A stretch of 64,000 bases of DNA from Candidatus Roizmanbacteria bacterium CG_4_9_14_0_2_um_filter_38_17 (GTDB taxonomy: Bacteria > Patescibacteriota > Microgenomatia > GCA-00278855), in contig PFSB01000006.1 of the NCBI GenBank assembly GCA_002788855.1, forward strand, positions 99,292-163,291. Reading direction: 5' to 3'. The notes below the pieces were generated by a model, which had not been told where the DNA came from, did no database searches, and saw nothing but the letters and a program-made list of their open reading frames with translations. The translations under genes were made by a program, and so were the position numbers. Shown one piece after another: positions 30,252 to 39,642 of this stretch. Every line of letters starts with the position of its first letter. The first letter of the stretch is position 1.

Positions 30252-32219
30252 ATGGATTTTAAAAAAATAGAAATAAATAACCAACCAGAAGCTCAAGTTG
30301 AGACTAAAGGTTCAAGCAGAAGGAGACTTAAGGTGGGCTTTCCCAAGCTTAAATTCAGTAAAAAAACTGGAATAATCTTGACAGCTCTACTAGGAATTCC
30401 GCTTATATTACTAATTGTTTTGGGTGTAGTCGTGGGTATTCCAGCTCGCCAAATTTATGCAGATGCTAAAGTAGCTAAGGATCAACTTCAGGTAACCAAT
30501 GCAGCTATAAAAAAGCAAAATCTCAAAGATGCTAAAGAAAGCTTAAAAGACTCCAAAGACAAACTTACAGTTCTTAATGCTTCTGTTAGTAAGCTTAACT
30601 GGTTTGGATCCCTACCAGTTGTTGGTGCCTACCAAAAAGATTTGAAAAGTTTGGTGACAGCGGGGATAGCAGCTGTTGAGGGAGGTCAAATTGCGGTAGA
30701 TGCGATTGAGCCATATGCAGATTTATTAGGCTTAGAGGAAGGGACCTCATTTGTAAATAAATCTACCGAAGATCGCTTGCAAACAGCTGTGACGACAATA
30801 GGTAAACTGAGCCCAGCGTTAGATGAGATTGCAGGAAAATTGACTATTGTAAGAGATGAAATTGGGAGCATTGATCCAGCTAGATATCCAGAAAAGTACA
30901 AAGACCAGGAGGTAAGAGTTAAGATTGTAGACGCTAAGGCTCAAGTTAACGATCTAGCAGATCTGTTTATTGACGCGAAGCCATTTTTAACCGCGCTACC
31001 TGATCTAATGGGGGCAGACGAAGCAAAAACATATCTTTTCCTTTTTCAGAATGACAAAGAACTACGTCCAACGGGTGGCTTTATTACAGCCTATGCATAC
31101 TTCCGGATGCACAAGGGTAAAATTGAGGTAATTCGCTCAGATGATATCTACAATCTAGATAATGCTAGACGAAAGAAAGTTGCCGCTCCTGAAGAGCTAT
31201 TAAAATATCATAAAGAGGTCTATGAGCTAACCTTAAGAGACAGTAATTTATCTCCAGATTTTAGGGAATCAATGTTGTTATTTGAGGAGTTATATAGTGA
31301 TGTTTCGGGTAATTTGGAGATAGATGGAATCTTTGCTTTAGATACGCATATGTTGGCAGAGTCGATGAAAATTCTTGGTCCGATAAATGCATATGGTACA
31401 ACTTTTACAACTGAACCCGATGATCGTTGCGGTGGCTGTCCGCAAGTGGTGTATGAACTGGAGGAATATGCGGACAAACGAGTCGGCTATATACGAGAAA
31501 ATAGAAAAGATATTATTGGAGTATTAATGTCCCAAATTATGCAAAAAGCGTTAGGAGTATCTCCTGGTCAGTACTGGGGTCGATTGTTCCAGATGACACT
31601 TGACGAAGTTGGGCAGAAGCATTTTATTGCATATTTCCATGATAAAGACGCTCAAGCAGGAGCAGAGGCACTTAACTTTGCTGGCAGGATAAAGGATTTT
31701 GATGGAGATTACTTGCATGTTAATGATACTAACTTTGCTGGAGCAAAATCTAATATGTTTACAAATCATACGGTTGAACAAGAAATAGATATTGCTAAGG
31801 ATGGGACAGTTACAAAGACTTTAACCTTAAGTTATAAAAATACAGAACCAGGTTCTCCTGGTTGTAACTTAGAGCGCGGAGGCCTTTGTTTGAATGGATT
31901 GCTTAGAAACTGGGTACGTATTTACACACCAGAAGGATCCCAGCTTCTGGACTTTAAAGGTTCAGAGACCGATCCAGTGGAGAAGAATGAATTAGGAAAG
32001 ACGGTTTTTGAAGGATTCTTTACAGTGCGACCTGAGGGACAAGCGCAGCTAAAAGTTTCGTATAAGTTGCCGTTTAAGGTGAGCTCTACTGAGGACTATA
32101 ATATGTTAATTCAAAAACAAGCTGGTACAGAAGGTCATAAATATATTATTAAACTGAATGGTAAAATGGTTGAAGAGTTTGATCTTATTACAGATAAAGA
32201 ACTTCAACTCACCCTCTAG
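30252..32219 (+). CDS. DUF4012 membrane-anchored protein
   Basis: N-terminal TM, coiled coil, FQNDKELRPTGGF, RDSNLSPDF; ATG 30252 preferred. Confidence 0.85.
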   Translation: MDFKKIEINNQPEAQVETKGSSRRRLKVGFPKLKFSKKTGIILTALLGIPLILLIVLGVVVGIPARQIYADAKVAKDQLQVTNAAIKKQNLKDAKESLKDSKDKLTVLNASVSKLNWFGSLPVVGAYQKDLKSLVTAGIAAVEGGQIAVDAIEPYADLLGLEEGTSFVNKSTEDRLQTAVTTIGKLSPALDEIAGKLTIVRDEIGSIDPARYPEKYKDQEVRVKIVDAKAQVNDLADLFIDAKPFLTALPDLMGADEAKTYLFLFQNDKELRPTGGFITAYAYFRMHKGKIEVIRSDDIYNLDNARRKKVAAPEELLKYHKEVYELTLRDSNLSPDFRESMLLFEELYSDVSGNLEIDGIFALDTHMLAESMKILGPINAYGTTFTTEPDDRCGGCPQVVYELEEYADKRVGYIRENRKDIIGVLMSQIMQKALGVSPGQYWGRLFQMTLDEVGQKHFIAYFHDKDAQAGAEALNFAGRIKDFDGDYLHVNDTNFAGAKSNMFTNHTVEQEIDIAKDGTVTKTLTLSYKNTEPGSPGCNLERGGLCLNGLLRNWVRIYTPEGSQLLDFKGSETDPVEKNELGKTVFEGFFTVRPEGQAQLKVSYKLPFKVSSTEDYNMLIQKQAGTEGHKYIIKLNGKMVEEFDLITDKELQLTL

Positions 32220-32770
32220 TGGAATCCTTTAAAGCAGTAGCAGTTATTCTAAAGCGAACGAACTTTGGCGAAGCAGATAGATATGTTTCATTATTTACCC
32301 GGTCACGAGGTAAGCTTACAGGTATTGCAAAAGGAGTTAGGAAAATGACTAGCCGCAGAGCAGCTCATCTTGAGATATTTAATCAGTCGAAACTATATTT
32401 TTCGGTAAACAATGGAACATATTATATTAATGGAGTTGAGAGTATTAATAACTATCGAAACCTTAAAGAAAATGAAGCTAAAGTCCATTTGGCGTTTGCA
32501 TTTTGTGAGTTGATTGAAAAAATATCTCCCGAAGGTGTTCCAAACAGAAAAGTATACGATGTGTTATTGCTGGCGCTTGATCACATAGATAAGCTATCTG
32601 AAGAACTTACTTTGTCTTACTGCGATAAGGTGATAGAAAGATTCTTTTTAAGAGTATTAACTGAATACGGATATATATCAGATACTATGTCAGTTGATGT
32701 GATGGAATATGCTCAACAAATCATTGGACGCAAGTTTAACTCAATTGAGGTAGCTAAACGTACATTATGA
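32219..32770 (+). CDS. recO: DNA repair protein RecO
   Basis: GEADR..LFTR..GKL..IAKGVRK..SRR. Confidence 0.92.
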   Translation: MESFKAVAVILKRTNFGEADRYVSLFTRSRGKLTGIAKGVRKMTSRRAAHLEIFNQSKLYFSVNNGTYYINGVESINNYRNLKENEAKVHLAFAFCELIEKISPEGVPNRKVYDVLLLALDHIDKLSEELTLSYCDKVIERFFLRVLTEYGYISDTMSVDVMEYAQQIIGRKFNSIEVAKRTL

Positions 32771-32783
32771 TAGAATTCTTATC

Positions 32784-34163
32784 ATGGATGATTTAATGAA
32801 AAAAATTGTTTCCCTGAGTAAGCGACGCGGATTTGTGTATCCTGGTAGTCAGATCTATGGTGGATTAGCTAATACCTGGGATTACGGACCGTTAGGAACT
32901 ATGTTAATGAAGAATATTCGTGATAGTTGGTGGACGCTGTTTATTACTCAAAGAAGAGATATGTTTCCGCTTGATTCGGGAATTCTTATGAGTCCTAGGG
33001 TGTGGGAGGCTTCGGGTCACACTTCAACTTTTAATGACATGCTTATAGATTGCCGTAACTGTAAATTGCGTACAAGAGCAGACCATCTAATAGAGGAACA
33101 CTTTGAAGAAAAAAAAGAAGAAATAAAGGTAGAAGGTTTATCTAGTCAGGACTTGGCAGATATTATTCAGAACCATGGAATTGTGTGCCCTAAATGTAAA
33201 AAAATAGATTGGACTGCTCCACGTGCTTTTAATCTATTATTTGAAACTAACATCGGTATTGTCCCAGAGAATCAGTCAAAAGCTTATTTACGAGGAGAGA
33301 CAGCGCAAGGAATATTTGTTAATTTTAAGCAGGTCGTAGAAAGTATGCGCCCTAAATTACCTTTTGGAATAGGTCAGATTGGTAAATCATTTAGAAATGA
33401 GATTACCAAAGGTAATTTCGTGTTTAGAACTTTGGAGTTTGAGCAGGCTGAGATCGAGTATTTTTTTGATCCAGAACAAGATGACTGGAGAAAATTGTTT
33501 AATAGCTGGAAAGATAAAATGCAGACATTTGTAGTTGATGAATTAGGGATAGATAAGGCGAAGCTACGTTGGAGAAAGCATACAGATGATGAACGCTCGC
33601 ACTATTCCAGACATACAGAAGATCTGGATTACAAGTTTCCGTTTGGATATAAGGAGTTATGGGGAATTGCCTATCGCACAGATTTTGATCTAAAGCAGCA
33701 CATGGAGGAAAGTGGACAGGATCTTAGATATCTTGACCCCCAGACTAATAAAAAATTAGTACCTCATGTAATTGAACCAGCTGTGGGAGTAAATAGATTG
33801 TTTTTGATGGTTCTGGTTGATGCGTATACAGAGGAAGAAAAACGGACAGTACTAAAACTTAAGCCAAGCCTAGCTCCTTATGTTGCAGCTATTTTCCCTC
33901 TCTTGGGTAATAAGCCAGAATTAAAAGAAAAAGCAAAGGCTATATATGATAAGTTGCAAAAATATTTTAGCGTCACTATAGATGAGAGGGGTAATATAGG
34001 TAAAAGATATTTTGCTCAAGACGAGATTGGAACACCACTGTGCATAACTGTAGATTTTGAAACCCTTACGGACGGCGCTGTGACAATCAGAGAACGAGAT
34101 ACAATGGCGCAGAGTAGAGTTGCAATTGATAAAATAGTAGATTATATTAATGATATACTATGA
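32784..34163 (+). CDS. glyQS: Glycyl-tRNA synthetase, homodimeric type
   Basis: KRRGF, DYGPLG, YLRGETAQGIF, GKSFRNEI, VIEPAVG, DEIGTP. Confidence 0.97.
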   Translation: MDDLMKKIVSLSKRRGFVYPGSQIYGGLANTWDYGPLGTMLMKNIRDSWWTLFITQRRDMFPLDSGILMSPRVWEASGHTSTFNDMLIDCRNCKLRTRADHLIEEHFEEKKEEIKVEGLSSQDLADIIQNHGIVCPKCKKIDWTAPRAFNLLFETNIGIVPENQSKAYLRGETAQGIFVNFKQVVESMRPKLPFGIGQIGKSFRNEITKGNFVFRTLEFEQAEIEYFFDPEQDDWRKLFNSWKDKMQTFVVDELGIDKAKLRWRKHTDDERSHYSRHTEDLDYKFPFGYKELWGIAYRTDFDLKQHMEESGQDLRYLDPQTNKKLVPHVIEPAVGVNRLFLMVLVDAYTEEEKRTVLKLKPSLAPYVAAIFPLLGNKPELKEKAKAIYDKLQKYFSVTIDERGNIGKRYFAQDEIGTPLCITVDFETLTDGAVTIRERDTMAQSRVAIDKIVDYINDIL

Positions 34164-34612
34164 AAAATTTAGTTATTGGAGTTGTGGTTTTGATTTTCTT
34201 GGTAATAGGCGGTTGGTTTCTATTTGGTAAAAATACCAATTCAGATATAGAATTGCTGTCAGAGCCAACAGTGACTCCAGCACTTGCCCCTATAGGAGAT
34301 GAGGTTAGTGTTAATTTTGAACCAAATAAAGCCCGTACGAAGGCTACCCTTGTAATCAGTGGCTTAGATAAGGCGGGAGTTGAAAGTTTAGAATATGAAG
34401 TACTCTACGAAACATCTGGCTTAGTTAAAGGAATAAATTCTGGTAGTTCACCTGTTGAGGTGGATGTTAATGGTGAAGTTGAGCGAGAGCTGGACTTTGG
34501 AACGTGCTCTAGTGGAGTATGTAGATATGATAAAGAAATAGGCACTATTACGCTAATAATCCGCTTTAATACCAGCTCTGGCACCAAACTCTTCAAACAA
34601 GAATACAACTAA
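34160..34612 (+). CDS. Membrane-anchored hypothetical protein
   Basis: N-terminal TM; FGTCSSGVCRYD motif. Confidence 0.8.
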   Translation: MKNLVIGVVVLIFLVIGGWFLFGKNTNSDIELLSEPTVTPALAPIGDEVSVNFEPNKARTKATLVISGLDKAGVESLEYEVLYETSGLVKGINSGSSPVEVDVNGEVERELDFGTCSSGVCRYDKEIGTITLIIRFNTSSGTKLFKQEYN

Positions 34613-34619
34613 CCCCAAC

Positions 34620-34642
34620 ATATAAAGATCCGATCTTTATAT
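34620..34642. repeat. REP-A left copy ATATAAAGATC-C-GATCTTTATAT
   Basis: Perfect 11-bp arms, central C. Confidence 0.92.
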
Positions 34643-34660
34643 ATGATATTATTAGTTTGT

Positions 34661-35344
34661 ATGAGACTAGTCAATTTTGTGAATGGTCAGGTTTATCACA
34701 TATATAACAGAGGTGTTCGCAAGGATTTACTTTTTTATAGAGATTCTGACTATGTGAGGTGGGAAAATCTTTTATCCTGGTGTTCTAACTATAGCTATCC
34801 ATTTAGTAGTTATGTTCAAGGGCTAAAATCGCTTAGTAAGGAGAAGGCTAGTCTTGATGCCTATCAAGAACGTATAGAAAAAGAATATCGTTACAGTCGG
34901 CCTCTTGTTAATATTCTTTGCTATATTGAGATGCCTAATCATTTTCACTTAGTTCTCGAGCAAAACGTTGAATCAGGCATTTCTTTGTTTATGCAAAAGC
35001 TGTCCATTGCGTATGCAATGTATCTTAATAGTAAATATGAGCTATCTGGGTCAGCTTTTCAAGGTAAATATAAGTTTGTACACGTAGAAACAGATGCTCA
35101 GCTAGTTCAGCTGTTAAAGTATATGTTACTTAATCCCGTAGTTGCACTCATAGTTTCAATTTTAAATCTAAAAAAATATAAATGGTCAGCACTTAAAGAG
35201 TATTTGGGAAATACTGACAAGATGATAGTCGACACAACCAAGTTGCCTAGTGTGTTTATAAACCCACAGGAGTTATTAAATTTTCTTAAAGAGGAGTCAG
35301 GCTCTGGATTTACAGCGGAACTTGGTTCACTAGTTATAGACTAA
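34661..35344 (+). CDS. REP-associated tyrosine transposase (RAYT/TnpA-REP-like Y1 HUH nuclease) 1
   Basis: YHIYNRG, MPNHFHL (HUH), YAMYLN, FQGKYK, YMLLNP, KWS; flanked by inverted palindromes; ATG 34661 preferred. Confidence 0.92.
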   Translation: MRLVNFVNGQVYHIYNRGVRKDLLFYRDSDYVRWENLLSWCSNYSYPFSSYVQGLKSLSKEKASLDAYQERIEKEYRYSRPLVNILCYIEMPNHFHLVLEQNVESGISLFMQKLSIAYAMYLNSKYELSGSAFQGKYKFVHVETDAQLVQLLKYMLLNPVVALIVSILNLKKYKWSALKEYLGNTDKMIVDTTKLPSVFINPQELLNFLKEESGSGFTAELGSLVID

Positions 35345-35371
35345 TATATAAAGATCGGATCTTTATATATT
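35343..35371. repeat. REP-A right copy AATATATAAAGATC-G-GATCTTTATATATT
   Basis: Perfect 14-bp arms, central G (inverted relative to the left copy); overlaps the RAYT stop. Confidence 0.92.
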
Positions 35372-35389
35372 GGTTGTGGTGAAGATGTC

Positions 35390-35443
35390 TTGACACGTAG
35401 CTTAAATGTGGTGTAGAGTGGATATAAGTGGTGAAAAGTGGTG
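35390..35443 (+). promoter_or_regulatory. dcw promoter with four MraZ-binding GTGG repeats
   Basis: TTGACA at 35390; GTGG at 35408, 35418, 35428, 35438 (10-bp period). Confidence 0.85.
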
Positions 35444-35445
35444 AA

Positions 35446-35883
35446 ATGTTACTAGGTAGATATACGAGCCGTGTTACAGACAAGGGCAGAGTTGCCTTGC
35501 CAGCTAAGCTCAGAGCTGAACTAGGAGAAAAAATAGTAGTGACTCAGGGATATGAAAAATCACTAATCTTAGTTGGCGAGAGTAGTTGGCGAGAGCTGAT
35601 CAAAGGAACAAGTCAAAAGCCTTTTACTATTGGCGCAGCACGCGACACCACGAGGTTTTTATTAGGTAGCGCTAGTTCGGCGATTTTAGATAAGCAAGGT
35701 AGGTTTGTGTTACCTGACTATCTTAAGCAGCACGGTGAGATAACAAAAGAGGTAATATTTCTTGGATTAGGCACGTATATTGAGCTTTGGGATAAAAAGC
35801 GCTGGGAAGAATATCAGGAATATTTAAATGTGAATATTGAAGATATATCAGAGAGATTAAGTAAATTAAACATTGAAAAATAG
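35446..35883 (+). CDS. mraZ: Division/cell wall cluster repressor MraZ
   Basis: DKGRVALP and DKQGRFVLP repeats, IELWD; ATG 35446 preferred. Confidence 0.95.
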   Translation: MLLGRYTSRVTDKGRVALPAKLRAELGEKIVVTQGYEKSLILVGESSWRELIKGTSQKPFTIGAARDTTRFLLGSASSAILDKQGRFVLPDYLKQHGEITKEVIFLGLGTYIELWDKKRWEEYQEYLNVNIEDISERLSKLNIEK

Positions 35884-36757
35884 TACACACTATGCATCTC
35901 ATATACCCGTTCTTCCACGGGAAGCTGTGGATAGCTTAAAGGTGAAGAAGGGTGAGAAATATATTGATGCAACGCTTGGTTTTGGTGGGCATACAAAAGA
36001 GATCCTTAAAAAAGGTGGAATACTTCTTGGAATAGATTGCGACGGTGAAAATCTGGCATCAGTAGGTAAGGATTTATCAGCATATGACAGCAATAGTTGG
36101 AAGTTGGTGCAAGGAAATTTTGAGAATATACAAAATATTGCAGAAGTAGAAGGGTTTAGCTCGGTCTCAGGTGTTCTTTTTGATCTAGGGATATCTAATT
36201 GGCAGTTGGATGAATCTAATCGGGGTTTAAGTATTCGTTTTGATCTTGATTCAGAAGAAAAACTAGATATGCGCTTGGATCAAACTCAAGAGATTACCGC
36301 TGAATATATAGTAAATAAATATTCTGAAAAAGAACTATATGAAGTGTTTAGTAAGTATGGTGAGCTAAGAGAAGCAAAAAGTATAGCAAGAATTATTGTA
36401 AAAAAACGGCCAATAGTTACAGGTAGTAAGCTTGTAACAATCATAAATTCAGTTGCCAGCTCAAAGAGCTTATTGGCAAGATCATTTCAAGCACTGCGTA
36501 TAGAGGTAAATCATGAACTTAGAGCACTAAAATCAGGGTTAGCTGGAGCAGAAGCCATCCTTAAGCCAGGTGGAGTATTAGCTGTTATTAGTTTTCATTC
36601 ACTAGAAGATCGACTGGTTAAACAGGCGTTTAATAATTGGTCAAATACAAAAAAGATGGAGGTAGTAACAAAACAGCCAATTACAGCTGGCACTCAAGAA
36701 GTAAAAGCAAATTCTCGAGCAAAAAGTGCAAAACTTAGAGTTGCTATAAAAAAATGA
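35873..36757 (+). CDS. rsmH: 16S rRNA m4C1402 methyltransferase
   Basis: HIPVL, DATLGFGGH, FQALRIEVN, ISFHSLEDR, SAKLR. Confidence 0.97.
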   Translation: MKNSTHYASHIPVLPREAVDSLKVKKGEKYIDATLGFGGHTKEILKKGGILLGIDCDGENLASVGKDLSAYDSNSWKLVQGNFENIQNIAEVEGFSSVSGVLFDLGISNWQLDESNRGLSIRFDLDSEEKLDMRLDQTQEITAEYIVNKYSEKELYEVFSKYGELREAKSIARIIVKKRPIVTGSKLVTIINSVASSKSLLARSFQALRIEVNHELRALKSGLAGAEAILKPGGVLAVISFHSLEDRLVKQAFNNWSNTKKMEVVTKQPITAGTQEVKANSRAKSAKLRVAIKK

Positions 36758-37026
36758 AAAAAACAATAATTCTAACCCTGATTCCGTTGTTAATATTATT
36801 TGTTGTACAGATTACTGTATCTGCAAAAGTCTCTGGCATAGGTAAAGATGTGGCGCTTATTGAAGCCAATGCGATCAAACTTGACCGCGAAAATGATTTA
36901 TTACAGCATAAAGTAGCTAGTGAAACTGCCCTTCTTATAGTGCAGCAAAAAGCTGAAAAACTGGGAATAACTACCAAGGTTCCCGTTGAGTTTCTTGACG
37001 ATTCGGTGTATGTTGTACAGAGATGA
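36754..37026 (+). CDS. ftsL: Probable cell division protein FtsL
   Basis: TM plus coiled coil, AEKLG; located between rsmH and ftsI. Confidence 0.65.
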   Translation: MKKTIILTLIPLLILFVVQITVSAKVSGIGKDVALIEANAIKLDRENDLLQHKVASETALLIVQQKAEKLGITTKVPVEFLDDSVYVVQR

Positions 37027-38693
37027 ACCGGTTACGCTTTATAGGGCTGTTGTTTATGTTAGTCTTCTTGCTAATCTGGGTTAGGCTTTTTTATTGGCAG
37101 GTAATTCAGCGGGATCGGCTCGCAACTCAAGCACAAGGACAATATGCTTCGGAGTATAGTGTATTTCCAACGCGCGGCAAAATTCTATCAGTTGATAATG
37201 CTGTTATTGTTACTAATCAACCTGCTTACATCCTATTTGCTGAGACTAAAAAATTACCTTCAGATAAGAACTATATATTTGAGATAGCCAAGGCGTTGGA
37301 AATTGAAGAAGCTTCGATTGCCGCAACTCTAGATACACAAAAAAACTGGGTGTCTGTAGTTCGTAAAGTAACCACGGAACAAAAACAACTTATTGAGGAG
37401 TTAGAGATTTCTGGTTTGGGTTTTGAACAGGAGAATGTGCGTTTTTATCCTGAAGGCTCGGCAAGTGCTGCTTTATTGGGTTTTGTAGGTGGAGATCTAA
37501 GCGGAGAGCCCAAGGGCTATTTTGGGCTTGAGGGTTATTATGATGAAATTTTGACGGGCAAGCCAGGTTTTGTACGTGCTGAAAAAGATGCACATGGGGT
37601 ACCAATACCCATAGGCTCACAAAAGCGCATAGAAGCTATTGAGGGCGCTGATTTAGTGTTAAATATCGACGTTGGAATTCAAAATGCTGTAGAGCAACAC
37701 TTAAAACGAGGAATAGAACGATATGAAGCAACGTCTGGCGCGGTTATTGTGATGCGCCCTACAACTGGTGCAATAGTCGCAATGGCGTCTTTTCCCTCTT
37801 ATGATCAGCGAGACTATGCAAATTATGATCCGAAGCTGTACAAAAATTCAATAGTGGCTGATACATTCGAACCTGGTTCAACTTTTAAGGTTATTACTAT
37901 GGCTGCTGCTATCAATGAAAAGGTAATTAAACCAACAACTACATATATGGAAACCGGACCTGTAGTTGTGCAGGGATACAAAATTAGAACATGGAATGAG
38001 CAATATGGTGGAAAGACAAATATGACCGAAGTGCTTGAAAGATCTTCTAATGTGGGAATGGTGTTTATTAGCCAGAAACTTGGCATAGAGCTTTTTTACA
38101 AGTATCTTCGTGAATTTGGCTTTGGCGCATATACTGGTATAGATCTTCAGGAGGAAGTAAGTTCTCCTTTGCGTAAAAGAGATTCCTGGAAAGAGATAGA
38201 TCTGGCAACCTCATCTTTTGGCCAGGGAATAGCTGTAACTCCAATTCAGTTAATACGCGGGGTTGCGGCAATTGCTAATCAGGGCGAGCTGGTGGTGCCT
38301 AAAATTGCAAATGCCATGCGCTTTGAGGATAATAGGGTGATTGACCTGATGACGGAACAAGGCAAGAGAGTGATATCTCCAGCTACCGCAAGTATAGTGA
38401 CGGAAATGATGGTTTCATCAGTAGATAATGGTGATGCGCGCTGGGCTAAGCCAAAGGGTTTTCGTATTGCCGGCAAAACTGGTACTGCCCAGATTCCAGT
38501 TGAGGGTCGTTATGATCCAGATCGTACTATAGCTTCTTTTATTGGTTTTGCTCCAGCTAATGATCCCGAGTTTATTATGCTTGTAATACTTAAAGAACCT
38601 CAGACTTCTCCTTGGGGGTCTGAAACAGCAGCGCCGCTTTTCTTTGATATCTCCCGCGACCTCTTTGCGTATCTGAATGTATCTCCAAGTTAA
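37023..38693 (+). CDS. ftsI: Class B penicillin-binding protein FtsI
   Basis: EPGSTFK (SxxK), SSN, KTGTAQ. Confidence 0.93.
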   Translation: MNRLRFIGLLFMLVFLLIWVRLFYWQVIQRDRLATQAQGQYASEYSVFPTRGKILSVDNAVIVTNQPAYILFAETKKLPSDKNYIFEIAKALEIEEASIAATLDTQKNWVSVVRKVTTEQKQLIEELEISGLGFEQENVRFYPEGSASAALLGFVGGDLSGEPKGYFGLEGYYDEILTGKPGFVRAEKDAHGVPIPIGSQKRIEAIEGADLVLNIDVGIQNAVEQHLKRGIERYEATSGAVIVMRPTTGAIVAMASFPSYDQRDYANYDPKLYKNSIVADTFEPGSTFKVITMAAAINEKVIKPTTTYMETGPVVVQGYKIRTWNEQYGGKTNMTEVLERSSNVGMVFISQKLGIELFYKYLREFGFGAYTGIDLQEEVSSPLRKRDSWKEIDLATSSFGQGIAVTPIQLIRGVAAIANQGELVVPKIANAMRFEDNRVIDLMTEQGKRVISPATASIVTEMMVSSVDNGDARWAKPKGFRIAGKTGTAQIPVEGRYDPDRTIASFIGFAPANDPEFIMLVILKEPQTSPWGSETAAPLFFDISRDLFAYLNVSPS

Positions 38694-38721
38694 AGTTAAT
38701 TGTTTTAGCTCTTATTAGCGG

Positions 38722-38748
38722 TCTATTAAAAACTGGGTTTTTAATAGA
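38722..38748. repeat. REP-B left copy TCTATTAAAAAC-TGG-GTTTTTAATAGA
   Basis: Perfect 12-bp arms, loop TGG. Confidence 0.93.
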
Positions 38749-38771
38749 ATATTTGGTATTCTTGTATTGTT

Positions 38772-39482
38772 ATGAGAAAAGATGCGGTGTTTGTAGTCGG
38801 TGAGTTTTATCATGTATATAATAGAGGAACTCGTAAAAGCGAAATATTTTTGAATGAAAGTGATTATAGACGATGAGATGAGTGTTTGTATTGGAGTAAT
38901 AATTTTGGCTATCCCTATAGTCTTCTAAGACAGCAAATTAATCAGGCGAAAAAGAGTGGTAGAAATATTAAAGAAGTAGTTGAACAAATTGAAATGCAGT
39001 ACCGATTATTTGAGTCTTTGGTTAATGTAATTTCTTACGCACATATGCCAAATCACTTTCACCTAGTCTTGAGGCAAAATGTAGATAATGGAATATCAAA
39101 ATTTATGCATAAAATGTCGGCTTCTTATGCAAAGTACTTTAACAAGAAGTACAATCTAACCGGATCACTGTATGAAGGAAATTTTAGAGCGATTCAGATA
39201 ATATCTGAACCTCAACTATTAGAAGTTAGTAGATATGTTCATATTAATCCAACTGTAGCAGGAATTGTTGATATAAAGGGTTTGCTTACATATCCCTGGA
39301 CATCGTTGCGTTTATATGTAGGAGAAGTGAATAATAAGCTCGTTGATATCAGTTATTTACTCGGCTTAAGTAATAATAACGCAGAAGAGCTGGTAAGGTT
39401 TACTCTTTCCAGGATTAGCGATGATAATGAAGGACTATTGGAAGGGATAATGATTGATGGTAACAAATTAGCCCGTAAATAA
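38772..39482 (+). pseudogene. RAYT-like transposase 2 with a single in-frame TGA at codon 35
   Basis: MRKDAVFVVGEFYHVYNRGTRKSEIFLNESDYRR*DECLYW... is in frame with track ORF 38886; MPNHFHL, YVHINP, YPWTS intact; TGA 38874-38876 aligns to Trp of RAYT1. Confidence 0.88.
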
Positions 39483-39484
39483 GC

Positions 39485-39511
39485 TCTATTAAAAACCCAG
39501 TTTTTAATAGA
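39485..39511. repeat. REP-B right copy TCTATTAAAAAC-CCA-GTTTTTAATAGA
   Basis: Exact reverse complement of 38722-38748. Confidence 0.93.
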
Positions 39512-39642
39512 ATTGCAGTGATTATGAAGAGGGTGTGAAGGATAAATCCGGTGATGTACCAGGAAGAGCTACTAGTACTAGCTCACATATAGGAAACTAG
39601 CAGTTTTTAGGTGGAAGATAAGACTTAAGATATAATACATCC

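Noticed and set aside
34620-35371. Ordinary IS200/IS605 insertion sequence
   Set aside because: Protein is about 227 aa with the YHxxNRG RAYT-type signature, there is no tnpB, and palindromes occur dispersed without the gene; not fully excluded without phylogeny.
35408-35443. GTGG 10-bp periodic repeat as a novel element
   Set aside because: Matches the known MraZ operator arrangement upstream of mraZ.
38874-38876. TGA as sign of a recoded genetic code (4 or 25)
   Set aside because: Many genes here end in TGA with overlapping starts (e.g. 1067, 2113, 3177) and other long ORFs have no internal TGA.
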